64,000 nt of DNA from Chrysomallon squamiferum (taxonomy: Eukaryota; Animalia; Mollusca): the NCBI GenBank assembly GCA_012295275.1, contig CM022676.1:8928001-8992000 (forward strand). The letters run 5' to 3'. Below the pieces are notes generated by a model. The model was not told where the DNA came from. It saw only the letters and a program-made list of their open reading frames with translations, and searched no databases. Below, piece after piece: positions 26,142 to 51,388 of this stretch. Each line of letters opens with the position of its first letter. The stretch's first letter is position 1. Position numbers and translations under genes: made by a program.

Positions 26142-26556
26142 TGCAAGTCTTCCTAGACTGTATCAAACAGACTTTGGCGTAAAGCAGGTGAAAGGATTCG
26201 ATCTCATAGCCCACACAATTTAATAATTTAATAATGTTAAATATATTCTGCACAGAGCCCAGATGTAGATTCAACTTGTTGAACTACGCCTTAGCACACG
26301 CAATCTGTTTATTTTAGTTTTATTTATTCTTAAAATATTCCTGGCAAACGGGAGTTCACTGTCCAATGTGAAATGTGTGGTTTTAAATTTGTATTTTGTC
26401 AGCTGTGCGTATCTGTCTTGATCTGTGTGTCTGTATGTCTCATTAAAATTGTGTTTTTCTGTTTTTAAAAGTTATTTGTGTATTCTGTCTGTCTGTCTGT
26501 CTGTCTCTCAGTCTCTGTCGCTCGCCCACTTTTTCTGAAACTTTCTCAGTTTCTTG

Positions 26557-26627
<71 letters not shown>

Positions 26628-26928
26628 CCCTCCCCCAAATAAAACTTAAATGCATCCTGTAATAGTTAGTAACGTTCTAACACAAACACACACAGTTAAT
26701 GATATTATTATAAGCCCAAAGAAAAACATACACTGCAAAAATGTCAAGTGTTTGGGATGTCACAAAGTTCGCTGACATTTTCGTACGAAACATTTTAAAC
26801 ATATCTAATATCCATGAACTTTGACTTGAGGATAGTGTTCTGTTAGCAGACGACAGTTTTAGGATCAAAATCTGAAAAAAAATAAAAAAAATAAAATAAA
26901 TAAATAAATAAAAATAAGTATATATGTA

Positions 26929-26959
<31 letters not shown>

Positions 26960-28214
26960 ATAAATAAATACCGTTGTAGATTTAGTTACTTTATTAACCT
27001 GCTAACGTTGGCTAAATATTTATAAAAAAAAAAAATATATATTTGTAAGCTGAAGTTTATTACCTATACGGTCTTCCATACTTTTTGCCTGCAAGAATTG
27101 ATATATTTGTGTGCTTTGATTTGTTTTCAAACTACTAGTTAATTTCGATTTTCGACAAACTATACATTTTCTTTTCTTTTCATTTTTTTTTTTTTTTTTT
27201 TTTTCCAAATTTATTCTAAGTTTGTTAACATTTTATTTATTAATGTCTGAAGAAAACTCAATACGATCTACAATATTTTCTTTTCAATCGGATCTTTCCG
27301 TAACAGCGGATACTTCCACTTAACATACCCTCTCCCCCTCCGGTGCCTTGAAACTACATTATATTCTTACTTTCAGACACTCCAACTCTGTTTTAGACCA
27401 CACAGAAGTTTGTGTATTTTGTCCAACAGAAAAACGATCGGTTATTTACCCAAATCCTAGATTGAAGCAGTTCTGTTACGCAAGCCACTTAAATCGTTAT
27501 GCAATTAAAATATCCATGTTTCCGTTTGTACGAAAATGACCTCATCCCACTCGAGCCCGCGTCGAGCATATTATAATTGCGTAACGGATTTATTTTGTGG
27601 AATTGTAAACAATCTTGCGAAATGTTGATTATTTACATTAATTTTTAGTTTTTTTTTTGAAGCAGGAGTGCATAGTTTATAAACATTTTTTATTTTTTAA
27701 TTTTTTTTTAATTTTAATTTTTTAATTTTAATTTTTTTTATTTTTTTATTTTTTGTTATATTTACATTTGTTTATTTTAGTATATATAAGTTTATTTTTC
27801 TATAATATAAAAGCAAACTATATCAATATATAGGCCTACTATATAATATAGTACAAATAGATATATGGTAGGTATGTTTCTGTATGTGTGTGTATGTATG
27901 TATGTATGTATGTATGTATGTATGTATGTATGTATGTATGTATATATGTATGTATGTGTGTATGTATGTACGCGTGCGTGCGTGGCGTGTATGTGTGTAT
28001 ATATGGTATATATTTCATGTATACGTATGTGAAATACATGTTTATACCGCACAGAAACACACATATATATGCGTACGTGCGAGCATGCGCGTGTGTTTTT
28101 TAATCACAAGTAACTTATCGAAGAAAATATCTTCAATGATCGAAAATACAGACGTTCATCTAGTCATCATATTTTGCCATTTTTATAGCAATGTCATGAT
28201 ATACATACATACAG

Positions 28215-28263
<49 letters not shown>

Positions 28264-29119
28264 TTTACGTAGAGCCACATACATTATATTTGAAACGTAT
28301 AAGCCAACAACCGCAGAAAATAACCAGAGGCAAACAAATCGTGTTTTAGTTGTGTGTTTTTTTGTTTTTTTTATATATAAATATATATACATGTAAATAT
28401 ATTTAATATATGATAGCACTGTATCAGTCAAAGTTCCAGCTGTCGTCTGATATACGCAGAAAGAACAGTGTGCATTGTTTTTTACAAACACACTCACCTG
28501 AAGATCGATTTTTTTAGTAAGTAGATCAGTCTTACTTATTTTAGTAAGTATACTATATAGTATTTTGGTTATTTAGGCAAAATAAGATGAAAAAAGAAAA
28601 GTATAACGTGAAATATCTTAAAATCGTGGAGGAGGGGTAAAGATGGAGGGGGAAGAAGGTGTAGGAGGGGGGGAGGAGAAGAATAAGAAGAGAGAAAGAA
28701 AGTAAGAATGAAAGAAAGAAAGAAGAATGAGATAAGAAGCGAAAGAATAAAGAAGAGAAAGGAGAAGAAATTAAGATGATGATGATGAAGAAAAAGACGA
28801 GACAATTATGAAAGTAAAAATAACTAAAGAAAGAAAGAAGGAAAAAAAGAAAGAAAGAAAAGAAAGAATGGAATGGAAGGTCGGAAAAGAAGAAAGTATT
28901 AACAGATAAACTGGGGGGGGAATAAAAAATAATAATAATAATAAAATAAAAAAAATATGTCCAATCACAAAATGGAAAACAAAGATAGAAGACAGAAAAA
29001 GAAAGAAAAATTAAAAACAATGGAAAAGAAAATATGAACAAAAGATTTCTAAAAAAAAAAAAAAAAAAAAATGACAAAAAGAAAAAGAACGACAATAAAA
29101 AAGAGAAGTAAATAAATAC

Positions 29120-29154
<35 letters not shown>

Positions 29155-29543
29155 AATAAAATGAGAAGGAGATGAAACAAATTACTAGTGATATTAATGC
29201 TCAACATAATCATATTCATAATGACTATTACTTAATGATATTATATATATATATATATTTATTTATGATTGCTTCTTGTAAAATTAATACTAAAATTAAT
29301 TCTTGCATCCTAATTTATTTAAGAACACATTTAGCTTGAATACTCTGGAAAATTTTTATCAGCTGGAAAATTTTTATCAGCCATCCTTCCAAAATGAAGT
29401 TCGAGAATATTCGACAGAGAACCCGGACTTTGCTAAGCACATAAAAATATTCTTATACAGTTATTTATTTATAATAGTTATGTTTATCGGATAAGGCTAT
29501 GGGTAATATTAATTTATTTTGTTCGAAATATTAGTCGTAGTCA

Positions 29544-29598
<55 letters not shown>

Positions 29599-29609
29599 TA
29601 TTTATTTAT

Positions 29610-29669
<60 letters not shown>

Positions 29670-29934
29670 TATTTATTTGTTTATTTATTTATTTATTTAT
29701 TTTATTTAATTATATTTCTTTATCCGTTTTAATTTTTTTATTTTTTATTTTCCGCTAAACGGATCCGCTTTAAGGCGGTCGTAACTTTGAATGTACCGAG
29801 CTGTCCTGAAGATTGTAAATAAATTAATTATAACACGTGCGAAAAGGTCAAACGTTAGTGACGTAACTGGTTAAAATGTCATCGTTTGTCATTTATATTA
29901 CACTTTGAAAAAGGTTACGAAAGGACTGTATTCT

Positions 29935-29997
<63 letters not shown>

Positions 29998-30599
29998 GTG
30001 GCAGTAGTGGTAGTAGCAGTAGCATCATAATTGTTATTCATGTACAAATATTACTACCTCTACTGCTACTACTACTATTACTACCACTGTTAATAAAAAC
30101 ACTACCACAACCACCATCACTACAACCACTACTACTACATCAACTACTGATATCACCAACACCATCATTATACTGCAACTATAACTACTATCACTTCTAC
30201 AAATTACTGCAATAAACACACCATCAACACCATCATTATTACTACTACAGCTACAACGACTGTCTCCAACTACACCAGCAAGATATTTTTTAAAATTACG
30301 AAGAAGCCTGTCTTGTTATTCTGCTGCGTATAACGACTGATTTAAACCGAGCACAAGGTCAGTTTAAAACGAGAGCAGAGATCAGATAAAAACAGTCAGT
30401 CTGTCATTTTTAACAAACTGAAAATATTCGTGACTTCGCCACTGGCGTTGTACCAGAAATGGCAAAGGTGAAATTAATTCAGAGCGACACTGAAGTTATA
30501 GGAACAGACACTACACCGTGTGTACGTCACCAGAACTCGATCCGAACTCGACAAATTTATTTGTTTGTTTGTTTGTTTGTATTAACATTTATTAATTTT

Positions 30600-32411
<1,812 letters not shown>

Positions 32412-32759
32412 ACTAACCCCACCTTTTCTCAATAGTGGACCCGCCTCTCTCTCTCTTGTTTAGGTGTTTAATGATAACATTTTTATGGTAATTGGATGAC
32501 GAGTATGTACAGAATATGGAAAATGTTGTAGCTATCATATTATTGTTTGATGTCGTCGTCGTTATTATTATTATTATTGTTATTGTTACAATTATTGTTG
32601 TTACTGTTGTTATTGTTGTTGTCGTTTTTTCTGTTATCACTGTTACTGCTGCTATTTCTATTACAACTACTGCTGCTGCTACCATATCAATAGTTCGTAC
32701 TATTATTATATGCATAACTTCTACTACTACTAATACTACTATGATTATTATTATTATTA

Positions 32760-32809
<50 letters not shown>

Positions 32810-33522
32810 ATCATGCAAACGGAAAACATCTTCATTCTCTTACAACTTGACAAAACGAGTTACGCCCAGCAATCGTAAATCGAGATGAATCCAGAGATCA
32901 CCACCCCTCCACCATATCACCGCCCCACACACACACACACACCAATCCGCTCTTCATTATATGAATCACTACACTACACTACACTTTATCCAGCCCTTAA
33001 TGTACTGAACTCAGTATTATTTCTCGTAAAAACCCTTTAAACTATATCCACTCCTAATTTCACTGTACTGCATCCGCCATGGTTCCTTGTAAAAATCCCC
33101 AGTTTCTTTGTAATCGCTACTAGCATAAGCGGTATTCTTATCCTTTTTTCCTTATGAAAAAGCGCGTCCGGTTTCGGTAAAGCTTGAGAATTTGTGTTAC
33201 TTGGTGCGGTGTATTCAGCGGTCTTCAGTGTGGGGTGAGAGTACAAACAGAATAAGGCGTTTTTTTTGTTGTTTTTTTAAACTTTGGAAAGGGACGGATA
33301 CGATCTCCTTAGCGACATGTGAGTAGCTGTCGTAGTTGTTATTGTGGTGGTGGTAGTAGTAGAAATGGCGTTGAGAATGGGGTGGTAATAGGACTGGTTT
33401 GATGGTGGTAGTGGTAGTAGTAATAGCGGTGTGGTAGTTGTAGAGGTAAAATTGTATTAGCAGTAAATAGTAAAATCAGTGGTGATGATAATAATGACGA
33501 TGATTATGATGATGATGATGAC

Positions 33523-33562
<40 letters not shown>

Positions 33563-33599
33563 TGATTATTTGTAGCATTATTTGTCTTTGTAGTGCTTA

Positions 33600-33666
<67 letters not shown>

Positions 33667-34351
33667 TTACAAATATAGTTGTATTTGCATTATGAAAATT
33701 AGTACTAATGATAATAAAGCTGTTTTATTAGACGTAGTAACAGTATTAATTGTTGTCTTAGTAGTCGTAGTGGCAGTAGAAATAGCAGTAATAATAGCAG
33801 TAGTTGTAGTAATAGTAGTGGTGGTAGCAGTAGTAGTAGCAGCAGTAGTAGCAGTAGCAGTAGTAGTAACAGTAATTAATATCATATATTAGCAGCGAAA
33901 GCATGAGTTACAGCTCTTATTTGAAACGCAAATGTTTATATATGTAAGTGAAAGAAACTGTCATATAGTTATCACACACTTAGATATAAAAATAACAATT
34001 TAAAAATTGGTCTTATACATTCTGTTTACGTTATATCTTTCCTTCGGCTATTTCTAACCTTAGTGGGGAAATACCAGTGTATATATTATCATCGTAAGGA
34101 AACCGAGTCTTGAATACGCACTACAAGATTTATCTCCTTACTAACGGGTTAGCTAGAGTAAGTATCGCCTAAAGAAAACTCAAGATCTAGTACTACACGA
34201 TGTAATGTAACACAAGTGTCACAGACCAAATTGTGTAGAGTTACACGTCAACAAGAAACATCGAGAAAACAGTGGAAACATAAACGAGGAACAAAAGAAA
34301 AAAGCCACAACACTTTAATCTTTGTGTTATAACACGCAGTAGCAGATCAAA

Positions 34352-34570
34352 GAAAATATTCGTTAAGATATCAAGGATATTCGTTTACGTGTCCGGGATA
34401 ATTCGTTAATGTTTCAAGGATAGTCGTATAAAATAGCAAGGATGTTCGTTAGCTTATCAAGGATATTCGTTAGCGTCTCCAGGATATTCGTTAACGTACC
34501 AAGGATATCTCAAATTATTTTCGTATCGTGGATATTTTTCGTCTGATATTCGTTAATGTCTCAAGGATAT
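34352..34570. repeat. About 21-bp minisatellite, consensus AAGGATATTCGTTAACGTATC, roughly 8-10 diverged units
   Basis: GGATATTCGTT recurs at 21-22 nt spacing. Confidence 0.85.
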
Positions 34571-35091
34571 TGTATTTATAATTGATTATTATATGTGTAG
34601 TGAATTCATTTGAGCAGCACATGTTATATAATCAGTATTTGTATTTGAAACGGGGATTTGTAGAATTTTCTAGGAATTGTATGGTATATCTGTGTAGACG
34701 TGAAGAAGAGGAAATGGCTTCATGCGTTATCATGTTTTTCTGGATCTGTTTGTTCTTTCTGTCTAATTGTCCGTCTGTGTTTCTGTCAGTTGGTTTATCT
34801 TCTAACCTTTTGCCTGCGATAGTCTTTTTTCACTTAGTTGTACATTTTTTTTTTTTTTTTTTTTTTTTATGTCAACTGTTCTGTAATTACAAATATTTCT
34901 CCTCTTTTGATTTGTCATACTTATTCTAATTATAGCTCGTTTATCTTTCCAGATCAACCAACAATGGACTTCGTCTGTCAATTTCCGAGGAATGAAGCCA
35001 CTTAACCAGAAACCATAAGCAATATTTCCGCTAACGATATCCGGAAAAACCCGACGTCGAGAATAACCCGTGAAAAAAAAAAAAAAAAAAA

Positions 35092-41974
<6,883 letters not shown>

Positions 41975-42010
41975 CAGCGGTGGGATGATTTATAGAGTTG
42001 TCTCCCTTGT

Positions 42011-42058
<48 letters not shown>

Positions 42059-42624
42059 AATGATTTTGAGTTGTCCCCTTGTTCTGGGATTTTTTTTTTT
42101 TTTTAAATTTTTTTTTTTAATAATAATAATAATAAGATAAATATTTTAAATATTTATAAGTTTAAAAGACATATGGTTATATTATACGTGTACGTATGTA
42201 TGTGTGTGTGTATGTATGTATATGTGTGTTTGTATGTTAGTGTGTGTGTGTGTGTGTGTGAGTGTGTGTGTGTGATGTAAAAAAGACGATAATGTTATAG
42301 GTTACAAAGGTTTTCACATTTAATAATCAGACTCATAAACAAACTCTGTTAACTTTTTTATATTTCAAACATAACGGATATATAAGTATTATATATTTTA
42401 TCCAGCATATATCGTTAATATATCTCACATATATGTATATATATATATTAGTAACCGGTTTTATTTACATACCATAATACGTTTGTTTGTTGTAAATCTT
42501 TCATTGTTGCATTTAATTAGTTTTAGTCTCGTTTGCTTGCTGTTTCTTAATGCTTTATTATTTCTTTGTTCATTTTTTAAATTGTTTTATGTATCGTTGA
42601 AAAAAAGAGGTGAGAGAGAGAGAG

Positions 42625-42753
<129 letters not shown>

Positions 42754-43443
42754 AAAAAACAAATTGTAAAGTCAGACAAGTATATGACGTTTCTGATTGA
42801 ACAGTAGGTGTAGATAGGGAAAGAAGTGCCTTTCTCAGTTCTACGTAACTGTAGTTGTGCGCATGCGTGTTTTGTGCACATGCGTGTGGACGTAGGTGTT
42901 ACATAACAGAAAATGAAAAAGAAAAAATGAAAGAGATAAACAAACTAACAGGAGAAAAAAAAAATCTACCAACGTAATTTATCTGTTAGTGGTGCAGAAA
43001 TGTTTATTTCATTTATTTAATGTTATTCCCTTCTCTATCGTCATAATATTCATTTTTGTTTTAGCTGAGTTATTCCCCTTTCTACCTAGTCGTTTTTGTG
43101 CATGAGAGAAATTATTAATATTGACTATGAAATGTTTATATTTTGTTTTATTTTGTTTTATCCTAATTAATTGTTTGTTTGTTTGTTTGTTGTTGTTTAT
43201 TATAATAACTTTTCAGGTACATGGATTGCATTAACATTAATATTAAATATTACTTTTGTAGTGATATTAATTATTGCGTTTAATACTAACAGGCATTAAC
43301 TATACCAGAAACATATACAAGATATCTTTATTATAATTGTTATCATGGCTTTTAGCATCAACTATTATCTTGCTTATCTAACTTTTGGGGTTTTTTTTTT
43401 TTTTTTTTTTTTGTTTTGTTATTTATTTCTTTTATTATTATTG

Positions 43444-43504
<61 letters not shown>

Positions 43505-44420
43505 TTTATTTTTTTATTGCTGATTAATATCAAAAACAATAATTTAAATTTAAGTGGAATCTGAAAGAGACACAATGACTAGTTCGAGTGTGTATCTTAC
43601 TTTGAGTCCATGTATTTCAAACTTGCACTCACACGCACACACACACACACACACACGCACAGAAAGAATGACTGACAGAGACAGAAACATTCTAAGTAGT
43701 TTATATAATAAATTTGAACCTAAGTTGAATCTCACATGATAGACTGTATCGTCCGAATTAAACACTGTTCAGGTTATTTACATTTTAACAGACAAACAGA
43801 CAGAGACACAAATACACACAGACACACAGACACACATACATATCGGGAAAATTCATCGATACAACAAAACGAAAATTTCCATTTAAATAGGAATTTCGAT
43901 ATAAGTTTCTTCGACTTGTGTTAATTCTTACTTCTCTTGTTCCGCTTCAACCTAATGTGTTTTCTTCTTTGTTGTAAATTCTTCCTGTCTGTTCTGAGCA
44001 CCCCATTTTAGATGCGCATAATGCATGATACTTTTAACTTTGTTACTTGTATTTCGTCAGTGTATTTGGTCTTGATCATAGACAAGTTTTTTCTACAATC
44101 ATTTATAGATGGGTTTTTTTAATAGTTTTATTTCTTTTTTTTTGAAGACTATATTTATTTTGTTTAACGATAAAATTTTGTTGAATTTATTAAATAGCGC
44201 AGATATTTTTAAACATATATGCATATTCACACGTAATACAATACCACATAATGTTTTCGAAATGACAATACGTTATACAGACACATATACACGTAATTAC
44301 AACACATATAAATACTAGACACAAATACATACATACATACACACATATATAAATTTGCTCAAACATTTCTATACCTTATTTTCTTTAATTATTATTATTA
44401 TTATGATTATTATTATTATA

Positions 44421-44486
<66 letters not shown>

Positions 44487-44726
44487 CTGTTCTATAAAGG
44501 GGAACACAATGTTGAGACATTCCATTAAAACACACACACACATATACACACATACACACTTATTTAACTAAATAACTAAATATATTTCTTATCATGATAT
44601 ATATTTTATAATCAAACAGAAAATAATCTTTAAAAATAAGATCAATTAATTTAAACAAAACAAACATAGATATTCCATTTCTCAGGGAATTATTATATAT
44701 TTTATTTTAACTTTAATTTGCGATAA

Positions 44727-44801
<75 letters not shown>

Positions 44802-45521
44802 AATCAAATGCTATGATATTGTAATCATATAGGCAAAAAGACATTTCTAAATTATATATATATATATAATGTATCTTTTCCTTACCCAGTTACTGTTACA
44901 TTTAATTTTAATTTTAATTTTTTTTTTTTATTTATTTATTTATTTATTTATTATTTATTTTATTTTATTTTATTTTATTTTTTTGTCACTTTTTACAGTT
45001 TATTGATATTGTACTCATATATTACTTTTTCTCTTTCCTTTTATTTGTGTCTTTTAAATACATTGCTTTTTATGCTTACAACTCTGTTTAGATTTTGATA
45101 GCAATATAATAATATACTTGTATATTTTTCACTAATCGTTTGATATAATAACGAAATATGATTTGTATGATTGATACGACATAATTTTATTTTTATGTTG
45201 TCAGAGGAAAATAAAGATCATTTATAAAAAAAAAATAAAAAAAAAATGTCTTTGTTTTGTTATGAATGATTTTATGTTTGTGTATGTTTTGAAATTTTAG
45301 TAGTATTGAAATTGTTATAATAATGATGATGGTGACGATGATGATGATGAAGAACATAATGATGGTGATAAAATGGGAAGAACTATTATTTCAATAATAA
45401 TAATAATAATATTGATGATGATGATGATTATGATGAAGATCATGATGATGATGATGAATGTGATGATGACTGGTAAAAATTATTATTTTATAGTAATAAT
45501 AATAACAATAATGGCAATAAC

Positions 45522-45554
<33 letters not shown>

Positions 45555-45858
45555 GATAATATTAATCATAATGATGATGATAATGATAATGATGATGTTA
45601 ATGATAATAATGATAATGATCATGATCATGAATAATAATAATAATAATAATAATAAGATCCAAAATCCGTCAAGCAGATGCTCTAACCACTAACCTAAAA
45701 CACGATCGTGATGATTATACAATTGACCTCGTTCTGAAACTGAGAAGAGATTAATCGTCTTACCTATCAGTGATATGTATCTGTTGCCTAGCAACCAGAA
45801 AACCCGCATCACTTTATTGTAATTATGACGTTATTTAAATGTTATGTATTTATTTATT

Positions 45859-45893
<35 letters not shown>

Positions 45894-45906
45894 CATTTTT
45901 ATCATC

Positions 45907-45960
<54 letters not shown>

Positions 45961-46590
45961 CCATGAAAATATATATATATCTACGTATATAATATGTAGG
46001 AATATGTATGTATAAATAAACGTATTAATAACGGAGCTCCTTCTGGAACGAGAAAGCACTTCAAAACGTCACCGAGCTCATTTTCACAACAGTAAGCAAA
46101 AAAATCAGCGTGTGACGCAAGTCTGAACAGTTTCCATCTCTGTTATCAGTGAATAATCTAACAAACCACAAATAAAATGATAAATCATTTCCCCAAGTCT
46201 CTTTACTCGACAATGTCTGCTATCGTGTCCCTACTGCTCGCTGTCTGTCCTACCTCTGTCCTGATTTCATTGTGTCATAAGCCAATATCGGAGAATGAAT
46301 ACATATATATATGTATATATATATATATATACGTATGTATAAGTGTATATATGTCGGTCAATACGACATCCTGTGAACAGCTTTAGCTGTCCAGCTGATC
46401 AAATCAACAACACATGTAGTCAAAATAATCTCTGAGCGTGTCTGTGTGAGTCAGATATTTCCCTTTTATGTTTGATAATTACAGTGAAAGTGACGGGGAT
46501 AAAACTGCGTTGTTAAAATTCAGAGTCGTCGTGGAGAGTTGACTACTGCAAGAGTAGAGAGAGAGAGAAGAGTGCGTGCGTGAGTATGCG

Positions 46591-46680
46591 TGTTTTGGTG
46601 TAGATGATGCGTGTTTGGTGTAGATGATGCGTGTTTGGTGTAGATGATGCGTGTTTGGTGTAGATGATGCGTTGGTTTGG
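46591..46680. repeat. 20-bp tandem repeat (GTGTTTGGTGTAGATGATGC) x4
   Basis: Directly visible near-perfect units. Confidence 0.9.
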
Positions 46681-46761
46681 GTGGATTTATTTGTTGCTGA
46701 TTGTTTTATGTATTCATCATGTTTATCGGTTATTCATTCTCTCTTTCTGTCTCTTACTTTT

Positions 46762-46794
<33 letters not shown>

Positions 46795-46899
46795 TGCACT
46801 CTGTCTCTGTCTCTCTGTCTCTCTCTCTCTGTCTGTTTCTTTATGTCTGTCTGTCTCTCTCTCTTTTACACTCTCTCGCTCTTTCTCTCTCTCACTCTC

Positions 46900-46948
<49 letters not shown>

Positions 46949-46957
46949 CTCTCTCTG

Positions 46958-47056
<99 letters not shown>

Positions 47057-47612
47057 TTACCTATCTCTTCGACTGCCTCTCTGTATTTTTTTTCTCTATC
47101 TATCCATTAGCATCTATCTGCACGACCATCTATCTGTCTGTCTCTATCTATCCATATATCTATCTGTCTATCTCTCACACATATATCTACACACACATAC
47201 ATACACGCACGCGCATAAAGCAACCGCATACATATATGCATTCTTACGTATTTTTTCTTACACGCGCATTTATCAATGTACGTCGAGACTGCAAATAGTT
47301 CTGAAATAAACAGCAGACTATAAATAGAACCGGAGTTGCGTTTTCATTACTTAGATACGCATCCATGCATGCAGGTTCCATACATGCAGTAACATGCGTG
47401 AAGAGAACTGTATGTAGGTAAAATAACATTCGTACTTCACGCCTCCGTAAACACTATAAAAAGTAATAAACAGAAACAAAACAATAAATTTTAAGGAAAA
47501 TCGATGGATGTAACAGAAACATGAATTGATATTTTTCTACAGAGTAAATTAATATAAAGTGTCAGCATAAGTTAAAATTATAAACTAATATAATACCAAA
47601 TATATGTATGAG

Positions 47613-47667
<55 letters not shown>

Positions 47668-47837
47668 TGTGTGTGTGTGTATATGTATGTATATATGTAT
47701 ATATATACATATATATATATATATATGTATGTATATATATACATACATACATATATATATATATGTATGTATATATGTATATATATGAGTATATATATAT
47801 AAATAAAATAATAATTCTGACAACAACAACAAAATAA

Positions 47838-47873
<36 letters not shown>

Positions 47874-48642
47874 TAAAAAAAAATAAATAAATAAATAAAT
47901 AAATAAAAGATTAAATAAAAGTTATTGTTGTTTTTTTTCACATTTATGCACCCACTTTTAGCAGATACGCTCTAGATAATAATATCTCTCCCTCACCTTC
48001 ACCTCTCTCGCTCTCTAACCTCGACCTTCTCTCATTCACTTTCTATTTTTATTTCTCCCTCGTTCTGTCCCTTGTACCAATTTTTCCCAGCCTGTCGTTC
48101 TCTCTCTCTCTCAGTCTCTCACAGACGCACCGGAGTTCAATGACCTACAGAGTACCTGTGTACCGAGCTTTGCTCACATAATCAATAACTGTTTTACTTT
48201 TTAATCACACTGGTATAGATATACATATACATATACACATAAACATACGCATACACTGAACAAATTCTCTTTTATTATAAATACGCACTATTATATATGC
48301 GTGCTTTCGTTCTGCACCGTTTGACACAAATGCACTCGTGTATGAATATATATATATATATTTATCTATTTTACACACACAACATATAAAGGAGACACAG
48401 ACACATGAGCACACGAACACACACAAACACACACGCACATTTGTTACCTAACACCCAGTTTAAAAATGACACTACGCTTATCAGCTTACACCGCAGTGAC
48501 CTCTGTAGATGACCTGACCTCGTTTCCCTAGTAATAATAAGAGATAAAAAAAACATTCAGCACTTTTAGTCGTTCTGTTTGGCTACTTGCTTTGTCTTCG
48601 CGGTAACTTAACTTCTTCATTACCTCCTGTTCACAAAGGTAG

Positions 48643-48673
<31 letters not shown>

Positions 48674-48677
48674 CACA

Positions 48678-48708
<31 letters not shown>

Positions 48709-48855
48709 CGCTCTTTATTAATACTGATACTAACGCCTGCACAAAGCAAACCTACATTAATTCCGTAGCACGTTTTGTTCGATCGGGATAGCAAGGTTAA
48801 CTCGACAAATAAATAAATACACTATTTCAGGTTAATATACGTATATTTTATACGT

Positions 48856-49133
48856 TCAGTAACCGAAAACCATCAACCAAACTGGCGTGCTGTTTGTTTT
48901 TTTTTGACGTTTATAGTGCTATAGTTTTAACATTGTAAAAAAGAAAAAAAAAAGATATATAGATTCATTTATTATGATTTGCTTTTATCTAGGTCAGCTG
49001 CATCACTGGTGTTTTTCACTGTGTTACGTCTGAAAGTAGGACAGTGCGGGAAAACGGTTAATGAAACTAGTAAACAAAGAACCAGTTTATTTTTTGAGTT
49101 CCGTGCCATGAAAGACAGTGGCAGACGAAAATG
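48856..49133 (+). promoter_or_regulatory. Candidate promoter and first (leader) exon of SLC16 paralogue 2
   Basis: Inr-like TCAGT near 48857 and consensus donor ATG|GTAAGT at 49133/49134. The first coding exon starts at an acceptor (58919). Architecture matches paralogue 1, with a long first intron. Confidence 0.5.
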
Positions 49134-49401
49134 GTAAGTATCGACTTGTTTATTTCTTTTTCTGTTTTTTCTTCTTTCTTTTTTTTTTTCTTTCGTTTAG
49201 TTTTTGCTACATCTGGAGTAAAAGTAGTTATGTAACTGGTATGTATATGAAGGTGCCACTGAATCTATTTATAAATGTGATGGTTATTTGTAGATACGAT
49301 CTTAGCGTGATTTTATTTATATGTTGTTGTTTTTGTTGGGTTTTTTTTTTTTTGGTAGTTTTCTTGCGTATTTGCAGAAACTAAAAATAAATTACGTGTT
49401 T

Positions 49402-49539
<138 letters not shown>

Positions 49540-49972
49540 GTTTCTCCTCCCTGAACATGTAAATGCGTGTGAATATACGTATGTGTTATAGTTTTGCAGA
49601 GAGAGAGCGAGAGAGAGAGAGAGAGAGATACTACCTCATAGTTCATATTCAAGTAAAAATAAGTTTAATATTTATAATATTTCTTAGACGTATATACTAA
49701 CTACAACATAAAGCTGATAAAATAAAAGTATCTCAATCTGCATAATTATTAACACGACTTTATAATATATAAAATGAGTCATTACCTCGATGCACTTAAT
49801 ACACGTTGTAGCGATAAGTGTTTACGCTCTATGACATATTTTATACACTTATATACTGACGTACATAAGATATAACATTTATACTGATATTAAATGTATC
49901 TCATTACCTGACACCAGATAACAAGTTTATACACAGTACAGATATCTGATCAGACTTACCATGAGTGTATGC

Positions 49973-50074
<102 letters not shown>

Positions 50075-50102
50075 AGAGAGAGAGAGAGAGACAGATAATG
50101 TT

Positions 50103-50183
<81 letters not shown>

Positions 50184-50186
<3 letters not shown>

Positions 50187-50249
50187 TATATTTTTAAATA
50201 TCGAGGGATGATAACAAAGACGAAACTGAAATGAATAAACGCAGTTAGT

Positions 50250-50253
<4 letters not shown>
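50184..50253 (-). repeat. Inverted copy of the 70-bp repeat at 39994-40062, embedded in (GA)n
   Basis: Reverse-complement match; the ORF track shows the same pseudo-peptide SVTNCVYSFQF..CYHP at both loci. Confidence 0.85.
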
Positions 50254-50325
<72 letters not shown>

Positions 50326-50937
50326 AGGAGCATTCATCTATACTGTGTATAAAGTACATCTGGATATAATATTGTATGTACACGTATTTATTTTTGCTTG
50401 AAGATAAAATACATTTATCCATGTATGTAGACATATACGACGTACACAGCTAAACACCACACGTTACACCCATTTAAATTTAACAACAAATTTACAATAT
50501 TTAAACATACTGAATGAACCGTACGTAATACTGAAAACAAAACAAAACCAAACACAAAAAACTAGACATTGACTTTTAAGGTGCCCCATCGCGCTAACAT
50601 TCCATAATCCCTGTGAATCTGTGAGAAAACTGCAAACTGAGGTGCACCTATTATTGGTAAACAGCTGAGAAAAATAACACCCCGGCATAAGCTCTAAAGA
50701 ATCCTCTTAAAAAAGAGGAAGAAACCACGTTACGAAACTGCGGGCTTTGAGGCAACAGTTACTGCGCTGTTTATGTAATGAATGATACACACTCTGTTTG
50801 TTTGTGGTTGCGTAAGGTGCTGAAGTCACAGTGGATGATGTTGTGAATGAGCAGCGGTTAATAATAAATATTAGTTTTTACGTTTTTGTTATTAATTACA
50901 TGATTATTCTCGGTTATATGGTAATATAATGCATAGA

Positions 50938-51025
<88 letters not shown>

Positions 51026-51185
51026 CTCTCTCAGTTCTGAATATAATGCTTCTAACCCTACTAATAATGTAATAACAAAACTAACAACAATAACAACATC
51101 AGCAATAATAATAATAACAACAGTAATACATACATATGTGTATATGTGTGTGTGTGTGTGTGTGTATGTATGTACCTATATACAC

Positions 51186-51250
<65 letters not shown>

Positions 51251-51332
51251 ACTGATATCCACATATATTCTCAAACACACACTATAAAAAGTAATAATCC
51301 TTATGTTTTTGCTTTATTTATTTATTTATTTA

Positions 51333-51388
<56 letters not shown>

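Noticed and set aside
34352-34570. Regularly spaced repeats superficially like a CRISPR array (also 4498-4760)
   Set aside because: No unique spacers, no cas genes and a eukaryotic context; these are ordinary minisatellites.
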